Positions 8,660 through 16,087 of a DNA stretch of 30,418 nt are shown here, one piece after another; position 1 is the first letter of the stretch, and each line of letters opens with the position of its first letter. Origin of the DNA: a virus; the IMG/VR virus record IMGVR_UViG_3300033489_000513; one strand, given 5' to 3'. A program made the position numbers and the translations under genes. Below the pieces are notes generated by a model that saw only the letters and a program-made list of their open reading frames with translations, was not told the DNA's origin and ran no database searches.

Positions 8660-9039
8660 AAAAGCTTTAGGTCTCCCGTTAATTCATCAAGTAAATAATT
8701 ATAAATGGGACCAATCGCAAAAGCGGTAGGGGTATCAGGCGCTATTTGGGTCAACCCCCAATCTACTTGAATACCTACAGGAAGACTTTTTTCATTTGCT
8801 TGTTTCACGATATTCCAAAAAGTTTCTTCCCTTGGTATTTTGAGAGCAATTTTTTTATAACCCGACTTCCACCATTCAGTTACCATATCGTGATCGAGGA
8901 CAACTGCTTCAATATACGCGAGAACTGAAGCATGAGCACCTTGAGCAACCATTTTCCCCTTGGACATTTCTAAGTCCGTTCTAATTCCAATGATTTGTTT
9001 TAATTGAATTTTTGGATTAGATTCTGGGTCAAGCCTCAT
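8656..9039 (-). CDS. pth2: Peptidyl-tRNA hydrolase 2 (archaeal/eukaryotic type)
   Basis: IRTDLEMSKGKMVAQGAHA, W...GYKKIALK, DWGLTQIAP.TPTAFAIGP, DELTGDLKLL. Confidence 0.95.
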   Translation of the reverse strand: MRLDPESNPKIQLKQIIGIRTDLEMSKGKMVAQGAHASVLAYIEAVVLDHDMVTEWWKSGYKKIALKIPREETFWNIVKQANEKSLPVGIQVDWGLTQIAPDTPTAFAIGPIYNYLLDELTGDLKLL

Positions 9040-9097
9040 ACTTTGTGAGAAGGTGAACAGAATATTTATACCTTCTCACTTCCTATTTTTATAAGTT
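9040..9097. promoter_or_regulatory. Divergent archaeal-type promoter with a shared TATA element inside a 10-bp inverted repeat
   Basis: GTGAGAAGGT (9045-9054) and ACCTTCTCAC (9070-9079) flank TATTTATA (9063-9070), which lies 23-27 nt from both ATGs. Confidence 0.65.
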
Positions 9098-9832
9098 ATG
9101 GTAATACATTTGGAAAATTGGACCAAAGAAACCCGAAAGCGAATGGGATATGGCAATGATCATACGAAAGATTCTCCAGGTCTTTCTCGCGAGTGGTTAT
9201 CTCGGTTCGCACATTATCGGGAGCATTTTCGAGAGTATAGTTTCACTCAGTTCAAAACCTTTTGTGAGGATTGCAGGGATGCTTTTCCGAATGTTTATTA
9301 TACGCTTGAACCAATAATTGCAATGTTGGGGGAGATTGCTAAATTCCTCCCCACAATTAAAATTTGTGAGTTAGGAGGCGCAGAAGGATTCCTTGCTTCG
9401 GATATCCTCCATCACACAGAGATTCCCATTAAATCCTGGAAAAATTGGGAAATCTCGGATCACGCACGAATGAATGATGTTTGTCACGATCTTCGCTATG
9501 TTTCATTACCTCTACTCGATTATGTCTGGCGCAAAGATCAATCTTTAGAATACTTTTTTAAGGATAATAATGTCTTTATTTCTACTCATGTTCTGGAACA
9601 TTTTACCCCAGATTATCTTGAAATCTTTTTTGAACATCTTCAAATTTCCCCTATCCAATTTTTGATTATTGAGATGCCACTGCCTCCCACAATTCACGAG
9701 ATTAAGTGGGAAGATGCTCACCTTTTACAAATCGGGTGGAAAGAAGTTTTGGAAATATTCACCCGATTTGGGTTTGAAGTATTTATGGAAACTCCAATGG
9801 TCAAATGTTTAAAAAGAGCAATATCAAAATAA
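9098..9832 (+). CDS. Class I SAM-dependent methyltransferase-like protein
   Basis: ICELGGAEGFLA (motif I), WEIS, STHVLEHF. Confidence 0.75.
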   Translation: MVIHLENWTKETRKRMGYGNDHTKDSPGLSREWLSRFAHYREHFREYSFTQFKTFCEDCRDAFPNVYYTLEPIIAMLGEIAKFLPTIKICELGGAEGFLASDILHHTEIPIKSWKNWEISDHARMNDVCHDLRYVSLPLLDYVWRKDQSLEYFFKDNNVFISTHVLEHFTPDYLEIFFEHLQISPIQFLIIEMPLPPTIHEIKWEDAHLLQIGWKEVLEIFTRFGFEVFMETPMVKCLKRAISK

Positions 9833-9843
9833 TCGGGGGTCAT

Positions 9844-10494
9844 TCATTCGCTCTTTTCTTTAATCCGATATTCATTATCCACACACTTAAAGCTTAACCG
9901 TCTCAAATGAAGATCTGGGTCTTGTCCTTCTCCGATGGAACGAACAACGATTCCTTCTCGCAAGACTGCGGGATTAATCTTGCTTTTCGCGTGGGCAAAA
10001 TGTTGGATATCTTCCACGTTTTCAGGTAAATGATAATCGGCATTTAAAATGGGAACAGTTTTCAATTGAAGGGCAATCGATAAACTAAATAAATCATAAT
10101 ACCCAAGATAGCAACCAAATTCGAGATCATAGGCATTAAATAAATAAAATTCATATGTGCCAGCGGGAAGCCTGTAGGGATTTCCACAGATCCCTTTTCC
10201 ATTTGGATGACACCCGATGATTTCGCCTTGGATGGCGATATCCCGCATAATTTCCCGCATATGTTGCTCGATGCCATATTTCTTTGCAACTGCCACAATG
10301 GGATTTTCCCCTTCGGGTTTTACTTCCAAGTTCCGAGAACAAAGACCAAAATTGCCTTCTTTAATATAATAAGTTGCGCTACAATTATGTACTAAAATTC
10401 CATTAGCAAAAAAACAATGATTTTCTGTTTCAATATCGTATTTTTTAGATTTTGTTTGAATCTTTTGGATTTTCTTAATATATATGGTTTGCAT
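9844..10494 (-). CDS. Split-intein C-half (37 aa) fused to the RNA ligase C-terminal extein (179 aa)
   Basis: KKYDIETENHCFFANGILVHN|C (intein blocks F/G; junction 10384/10383), then CSATYY..CSRN, IQGEIIG, FYLFNAY, EGIVVR, SFKCV. Confidence 0.92.
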   Translation of the reverse strand: MQTIYIKKIQKIQTKSKKYDIETENHCFFANGILVHNCSATYYIKEGNFGLCSRNLEVKPEGENPIVAVAKKYGIEQHMREIMRDIAIQGEIIGCHPNGKGICGNPYRLPAGTYEFYLFNAYDLEFGCYLGYYDLFSLSIALQLKTVPILNADYHLPENVEDIQHFAHAKSKINPAVLREGIVVRSIGEGQDPDLHLRRLSFKCVDNEYRIKEKSE

Positions 10495-11458
10495 CAATTT
10501 CCCTCAATTTTTGGATTATTAAACTTTTCAACTCTTTTTCATTTAATATTATCATTTCAGATTCCCAAATATAGATAACTAAAAATCCTTTTTGTTTAGC
10601 AATATCTGCTTTTTTCTTATCTTTATCCCAAATATTTTGAGCCGTTATCTTGGTACTAATATAATGTATTAAATCATCTGGATAATACATTGAAGGGTTG
10701 GCATGCCAATAATCACCTTGTATTTCTAAAATAATCTTAAATTCATTCAAGTAGAAATCGTACCAATAAGGATGAATAAAAAAAGGTTTTGTATAAACAA
10801 TTTTCGATCTATCTAAAATAGATTGAATACGTGTTTCTAATTTCGATGTAGAAGGGGTATTATTTCTGCGACTCTTTTCTCCATGAAGAGAAATGTTTAA
10901 CCAATGATTCTTTTCTTCATCTGTTAAATGGGACCAAATATATTTCATTTGTTTTTTCTTAAAATCTCCAAAATTTAAACCATATTTTTCAAGGTAATAT
11001 TTATCGGAATGAATTCTTTGGATAATTTCATCATATTGGAATATATTCTTTACGCCATATTTCTGTAAAACCGTTTGGTTTCGTTTATGATAAGGATCCG
11101 TATTTTTAGAGAGAGGATTTATTGCGCCATATTTTTTATAACAGGTTTTCTTAACCTTTTCCCGAGTTTTGAAAAGGTTCATACTTATTCTAATATCGCG
11201 AGAAGGAATTTTGAAATGTTTTATTAAGAATGCTATTGCGCGATAATCGAGCCCATATTTTCTCTTTAATTCAGGATAACTATATTGATTTGTAATATAT
11301 TTTTCGATAAAAATCTCTTTCTGTGCAATTTCGGGATAGTTGAAAAGAAGATGTTGATATCTTATTTCTTCATTAGAAAGAGTTTTATCTCTTTGTTTGC
11401 AAGCATAGATATGCCTCGAAGGATCAAATTCTTTTTTACAAAAAGGACAATATAACAT
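10475..11458 (-). CDS. Free-standing Vsr/DUF559-like (putative homing) endonuclease
   Basis: N-terminal CPFC..H..C finger, repeated KYG motifs, C-terminal SKLE..YDFYL..ILEIQGDYWH..DKKK..GFLVIYIWE; ATG 11458 (or 11482). Confidence 0.85.
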   Translation of the reverse strand: MLYCPFCKKEFDPSRHIYACKQRDKTLSNEEIRYQHLLFNYPEIAQKEIFIEKYITNQYSYPELKRKYGLDYRAIAFLIKHFKIPSRDIRISMNLFKTREKVKKTCYKKYGAINPLSKNTDPYHKRNQTVLQKYGVKNIFQYDEIIQRIHSDKYYLEKYGLNFGDFKKKQMKYIWSHLTDEEKNHWLNISLHGEKSRRNNTPSTSKLETRIQSILDRSKIVYTKPFFIHPYWYDFYLNEFKIILEIQGDYWHANPSMYYPDDLIHYISTKITAQNIWDKDKKKADIAKQKGFLVIYIWESEMIILNEKELKSLIIQKLREIDANHIY

Positions 11459-11500
11459 AAATATAAAAATGAAAAATACCATAAAAATACTTCGGAAAAG
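11459..11500 (-). promoter_or_regulatory. Putative leaderless archaeal promoter for the endonuclease
   Basis: TTCCGAAG-TA-TTTTTAT (BRE/TATA-like, 11497-11481), 22 nt upstream of ATG 11458. Confidence 0.5.
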
Positions 11501-11505
11501 GTGGA

Positions 11506-12360
11506 TTATTTTTCATTGTTCTCGCTAAGTAATAATACATCATCTTCTTGCAAATAATCTACTCTCCGCCAACATTTTTTAAGAGGAAGCCAGATTAAAT
11601 GATCACCCGTTATTTTTATCGATTTCCCGTTCGATAATTCAAGTTCAAACCATTGTGTGGATGGTTCATTTTCCCGAATTAAATAATTCCGAATTTTAGT
11701 CCAAATTTCTTTTGACTTAAATAAATCAAAACTTCGAATATTTCCTTTATATTGATTTTTATAGATTTCCCGAATAGTTTTAAAACCTAATTCGGTTTTG
11801 ATCAAGGTTTTTTCATCCAAACAACCATCTATCTTCTCGCTTGCATAGAACGTAAGTTCCTTAAATCGTTGGAGAAAAGAGGGAATATTCTCAATATCAA
11901 TTTCATCGGTTTTCGGGATGAAGGAAGGAAAATCCCCTAACGCATCCTGAGTCATTGGCAGGACTTTTTCATACTTGCGGATTCCTAAAATCTCTGTTAG
12001 ATTGAGCCCGACTGTAATTCGGAAGGATTTCTGAGAAAGTCTTAATTCTTTGTCAGCTAAACTCAACGGAAAGACGATTCCTGCGGAGACTTGTCCCCGC
12101 AAAGTTATGGCGCGGATGCGAAACCCTTGAAGACGGGGAACATAACACGATTTGCGGAGAAACTCAAACTCAGGTTTCTCGGGCAAAACAGAATCAGGTT
12201 CCACATAAATCACTAAATCCCCTTCTTTGTATCCTTCATCTTTCCGAACTACAATAGGCCATCCTTTATCTTTCAGCTTGAGCTTCAGGAGATTCTCCGC
12301 GGTGGGAATCGGCGTGAGACTCTCAATTTCCTGAATTGTTGCTAAAATAGATTCAACCAT
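11506..12360 (-). CDS. RNA ligase (DRB0094/DraRnl-like) N-terminal extein (179 aa) fused to the split-intein N-half (105 aa)
   Basis: LATIQEI..PIP.A, GDLVIYVEPDSVLP, RIRAITLRGQVSAGI, FPSFIPKTD, ASEKIDG|CLDEKTLI (intein block A; junction 11824/11823), block B IKITGDH. Confidence 0.92.
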   Translation of the reverse strand: MVESILATIQEIESLTPIPTAENLLKLKLKDKGWPIVVRKDEGYKEGDLVIYVEPDSVLPEKPEFEFLRKSCYVPRLQGFRIRAITLRGQVSAGIVFPLSLADKELRLSQKSFRITVGLNLTEILGIRKYEKVLPMTQDALGDFPSFIPKTDEIDIENIPSFLQRFKELTFYASEKIDGCLDEKTLIKTELGFKTIREIYKNQYKGNIRSFDLFKSKEIWTKIRNYLIRENEPSTQWFELELSNGKSIKITGDHLIWLPLKKCWRRVDYLQEDDVLLLSENNEK

Positions 12361-12763
12361 TTTTATTATCCTTCTTCATCACTTTCAAAAATTCACAATA
12401 TCCCTTTTCAACACAATATTTACAAAAACCACATTTTTGGACAGGCCAAGTATTTCTATTCCAAAGCGGGCGAATTGGATCCAATTCTTTTAAGAGATGC
12501 TTCCCACTACAAATATTACATTCAAAAAAGTCTTCTTTTACCTTTTCAGGGAATTTAACTGTTGTTATTGCATTTCTCCAATCTTGGTGAGCGAAACAAG
12601 GCTCATCTTCCCGCCAGACTTTTGTATCATATTCAATTTCCGATATCTCAATGGAATTATTTATGAGAAGTAAATGTTTCTCGGGAAAGACTTCAACGGA
12701 ATCTGCTGAAATAATTAAATCATAAGCAAATTCCCCATTATTTTGAGAGACTCGAAAGCGCAT
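12353..12763 (-). CDS. Hypothetical protein with Cys-rich C-terminus
   Basis: Probable ATG 12763; CNIC...CKYC. Confidence 0.6.
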   Translation of the reverse strand: MRFRVSQNNGEFAYDLIISADSVEVFPEKHLLLINNSIEISEIEYDTKVWREDEPCFAHQDWRNAITTVKFPEKVKEDFFECNICSGKHLLKELDPIRPLWNRNTWPVQKCGFCKYCVEKGYCEFLKVMKKDNKNG

Positions 12764-12773
12764 AAAATTCACT

Positions 12774-12968
12774 TCATAATAAAAAAGATTCACGCAGGCG
12801 TTCATCAAGCACCGCCGCTTTGTGGCATTTAATCTCATTCTCGATTCGCTCAATTTCGGCTTCTCGCAATCTAAAATCGAGAACTTTTTCATATACCTCC
12901 ATTTCTAAGGGAGTTTTCTTTCTGGTTTCTTCTTTCTTTGGTTCATTTTCATCGAGCATATTTTTCAT
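12774..12968 (-). CDS. Charged coiled-coil microprotein, 64 aa
   Basis: ORF track. Confidence 0.55.
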   Translation of the reverse strand: MKNMLDENEPKKEETRKKTPLEMEVYEKVLDFRLREAEIERIENEIKCHKAAVLDERLRESFLL

Positions 12969-13135
12969 CTCTTCTTTTTTTTATGTAACGAAATTTGAAT
13001 AAATCCTTCTTCATTCCCTTTTGATTCCAAGAGATATGCATTTTCCTCCATAAATTCTTGGAGAGCGTGAAGAAGAGAAGGAACCTCTTCATAGCATTTT
13101 TCCACGCCAAGGGAACAATAGATTTGCACGTCCAT
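12965..13135 (-). CDS. Hypothetical protein, 56 aa (MDVQIYCSLG...)
   Basis: Manual translation; GAGGA upstream, ATGA overlap downstream, TATA-like element further upstream. Confidence 0.55.
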   Translation of the reverse strand: MDVQIYCSLGVEKCYEEVPSLLHALQEFMEENAYLLESKGNEEGFIQISLHKKKKR

Positions 13136-13255
13136 AAACGTTCCTCAGTTAATATAGTTATTATTACAATATAAACATTCTCACAATATCCGACCCTAAA
13201 ATATTTTGAATGAGAGTTCCACATCGCTTGTAATGATAGTTTCATCAAATACCTT

Positions 13256-13438
13256 TTACTTAGACTTTAAAAAATAACATAATTCTTTTTTGAAGTTTGG
13301 AATATATGCTTCAGGACAAACCATTTCACGAGTTAAATCACATTCCCATCGTTGATTTCGGAACACACGATGGTCACATATCTTTTGTGTCGAAGATTTG
13401 AATATCACATTTTCCGCCATATTTGGAGTGTTCCCCAC
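13256..13438 (-). CDS. Cys-containing microprotein
   Basis: ORF track. Confidence 0.4.
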   Translation of the reverse strand: MGNTPNMAENVIFKSSTQKICDHRVFRNQRWECDLTREMVCPEAYIPNFKKELCYFLKSK

Positions 13439-13469
13439 AATATTCGATTACTGCTAAAACGCTTGTCAT

Positions 13470-13844
13470 TTAATCCCACACGATTTTTGGATAAATCTGG
13501 CGACAAGCTTTCCCATCGAAAACCCATCGCCAAATCTTTTCGCCTTGACAATCGATCTCAATATAACTGCCTTCTTTCACAAAAGGCGCAATTATTTTGA
13601 AGAATTCAAATTCATCCCCAAGATATGAGGCTTCGAGAGCGATTGATGTTATGTTTCCAGTTTCATCCCAATCAATCATATAACCCCACATTCTAAAAAG
13701 TTGATCGATACGAGTAGCATGTTTGTATTCATATTGGATATATTTATAACAAGCAGTCATCGCTTTTCCCGCAGCTAAAACATTTTTTATTTGAAAATTG
13801 GGAATAAAAAACATACTATCTCGCATTGAGATATCAGTTCCCAT
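13470..13844 (-). CDS. Hypothetical protein, 124 aa
   Basis: GGAGG upstream; globular composition (IAPFVKEGSYIE..GE.IWRWVF). Confidence 0.7.
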   Translation of the reverse strand: MGTDISMRDSMFFIPNFQIKNVLAAGKAMTACYKYIQYEYKHATRIDQLFRMWGYMIDWDETGNITSIALEASYLGDEFEFFKIIAPFVKEGSYIEIDCQGEKIWRWVFDGKACRQIYPKIVWD

Positions 13845-14348
13845 TCATTTGTCCTCCTTTGAATCTTCGATGATATGGATAGTTTTTCCGTCAAAGACAG
13901 TGGATTTTTCGGGGGTTGTAATCGTCCAAGGGCGATTTTCATACCATTCTTTCTGATGTTCCTTCCGACATTTGCAATCCGAATTATCAACGAGAAGAGA
14001 AAGTCCCTTCTGATAATATGCACAATCCGAAGAATTAAATTCGGGAGTATGTCGCACAATATATTCATCAGGAAGTCCTTTGTTCTCGACAATCCGCGCA
14101 TTACAATGAAATACGTGTCCCTTATCGATCCCATCAAACCACGCCAAATCCCCGAGGAATTTACAACCCACGCATCGAAATCCGCCATAGATTTGATATC
14201 CCAAATATTCAATGACCTTCTCCTTTGTGTAGGGACCATTACAAATATATCGTTCATAGGGATTTTCAGGGTTGTCCACGATATGGGGAACGTGCTCTAA
14301 TATAACTGGTTTCTCATGCATATGGAGAGAACAGAATTTCGGAGACAT
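13845..14348 (-). CDS. Cys-rich hypothetical protein, 167 aa
   Basis: ORF track; abuts its neighbours. Confidence 0.65.
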   Translation of the reverse strand: MSPKFCSLHMHEKPVILEHVPHIVDNPENPYERYICNGPYTKEKVIEYLGYQIYGGFRCVGCKFLGDLAWFDGIDKGHVFHCNARIVENKGLPDEYIVRHTPEFNSSDCAYYQKGLSLLVDNSDCKCRKEHQKEWYENRPWTITTPEKSTVFDGKTIHIIEDSKEDK

Positions 14349-14350
14349 TT

Positions 14351-14671
14351 TTATTCATCCTCATCAAACTCTTCAATATCTTCATCATCAACATCATATT
14401 CTTCATTATCTTCGAGATCCAAATCTTCTTGAAAGAAGTGCCAAACCGCTTGTAATTCCAGTGGGAGATTACGTATATTCGATTCAGAACCCCCATCGAT
14501 AGAATCAACGAGTAGAAGATTTCGTAATTCTCGCAATTCGTCTTTCAGGCGTAAAGCGGTAGTTTCAAGTTTGTCGAGAACAAACAAATATTCTTTCTCG
14601 GATTGAACGCGAATTTTCGCTTTTTTAACTCGTTCCAATAATAGTTGTCCTAAATCTTCATAATCTTGCAT
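14351..14671 (-). CDS. Hypothetical protein with highly acidic C-terminal tail
   Basis: Probable ATG 14671 just after the upstream stop; ends EDLDLEDNEEYDVDDEDIEEFDEDE. Confidence 0.65.
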   Translation of the reverse strand: MQDYEDLGQLLLERVKKAKIRVQSEKEYLFVLDKLETTALRLKDELRELRNLLLVDSIDGGSESNIRNLPLELQAVWHFFQEDLDLEDNEEYDVDDEDIEEFDEDE

Positions 14672-14672
14672 C

Positions 14673-15752
14673 TTAATTTTCCCCCCGCGCGCGTGAGCGA
14701 CAATCCCAGACAATTTCCCAACCATTGGGAATTGATTTTTTCCAAGACCCATGATGCCAAAACTTAGTTCCACAATTTTTACAAACTACATCACTAATAC
14801 CTTCCGAAGAACATTTCATTGTAAACTCTTTGTAGCCGCAACCACAATCCAATTCTTGCCATCGTTCCCGATCTGCCCCATCATTAAGTTTCCGGGCAAA
14901 TATTTCGTGGAAAAGCATCTTCGTTGTTTTTTGGATGAACTGAAGGCAAGTATCTTTTTCAAAATCGGAAGGAAAACGATCTGCCAACCAATCTAAATCT
15001 TCACAGATTTTAGCAAAGGGAGCTGTATTATCCACAAAAATTCGTTCAAAAAGTTTGGGCATAGAAATATGTTCGATGGGAGTCATTTCTTTAAACATTT
15101 TTATACGAATACAAAGTTGTTTTTCATCACCATCTAAAGTATCACTCACTGGAATATGATACGCACAATAATCTGATTCCAACCAATTTAGAATTGTTTT
15201 GGTTATTCTATGGAGAATAGAAGAAATTCTTCCCGCATAATCTTTAGGAGAGGGTTTTATTGATTGTTGAATCATTTTCTGATTGATGATATTGTTTTCT
15301 CCAATAAGATTATTCAGGATTTCTAAATTTACGAGATGATCATTACACGCCCCAATCTTTAATTGGTCACAATTAGGTTCGGAAGGGCGATAATCATGCC
15401 AAGCGGTAGTAAACCATAATCTCATAATATCTCCCTCTTCCTTATTTCTTACGAAGGCAGCAATATTATGGTTTACGCCATTCTTTTCACCCACCTTCCC
15501 ACATATGAAACACGGAACCCAATCCATTCCAATTCCCCGCGTATAAAGGGAGAGGTTTCCATCAATCTTTAATAATAAATCGTGATTTTCCTTTTTGAAG
15601 TCTTCAAGTTTTTCCCATAATGGTTGATTTCCTTTCACAATTTCCATACAGTGAGGACAAAGACAATATTCTTTACATCTTCCTAAATTCCGCTTTTTAA
15701 TTTCTTCATACATCTGGTTCATTTGCTCGCGGTTTGCTTCAACCTGATCCAT
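14673..15752 (-). CDS. Hypothetical multi-Zn-finger protein, 359 aa
   Basis: CPHC, CFIC, CGCG...CKNC. Confidence 0.7.
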   Translation of the reverse strand: MDQVEANREQMNQMYEEIKKRNLGRCKEYCLCPHCMEIVKGNQPLWEKLEDFKKENHDLLLKIDGNLSLYTRGIGMDWVPCFICGKVGEKNGVNHNIAAFVRNKEEGDIMRLWFTTAWHDYRPSEPNCDQLKIGACNDHLVNLEILNNLIGENNIINQKMIQQSIKPSPKDYAGRISSILHRITKTILNWLESDYCAYHIPVSDTLDGDEKQLCIRIKMFKEMTPIEHISMPKLFERIFVDNTAPFAKICEDLDWLADRFPSDFEKDTCLQFIQKTTKMLFHEIFARKLNDGADRERWQELDCGCGYKEFTMKCSSEGISDVVCKNCGTKFWHHGSWKKSIPNGWEIVWDCRSRARGEN

Positions 15753-16087
15753 ATTTCTCCCTCATAGGCGATATTATCGATTTTACTATGAATTTCCTCA
15801 AGCTGCTTGCGAAGATTTTCTTCTTCATATCTGAATTTTGTTAATTTTTCGAGCATTGAAGGTTTGAATTTCCGTAGGTTATCTTCATATCCATTTTCTA
15901 CTTTTCCCGTGAGTTCATCTTTGATTTTATAACAAACGTGGGGATATTCTCCAAGGGAATCAATATAACCTCCTACAATCTTTCCGTGAAATAAACGGCC
16001 ATAATCGTTGAGAACTACATCTTCTCCCATTTCAAACTTGAATTTAATCTCATTCAATACTTTCAACAATATTTCTTTTATGGACAT
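15719..16087 (-). CDS. Hypothetical protein (SH3-like beta region plus coiled coil)
   Basis: FKFEMGEDVV...GKIVG...YKIK...EDNLRK pattern. Confidence 0.6.
   Translation of the reverse strand: MSIKEILLKVLNEIKFKFEMGEDVVLNDYGRLFHGKIVGGYIDSLGEYPHVCYKIKDELTGKVENGYEDNLRKFKPSMLEKLTKFRYEEENLRKQLEEIHSKIDNIAYEGEIWIRLKQTASK

Noticed and set aside
9844-12360. Single contiguous intein broken by sequencing errors, or a pseudogene
   Set aside because: This would need a stop codon plus two compensating frameshifts. Each part has its own start and all splicing residues are intact.
12949-13248. 99-aa ORF from the track
   Set aside because: It spans an AT-rich promoter-like region. The 56-aa ORF at 12965-13135 has a better RBS and an ATGA overlap.
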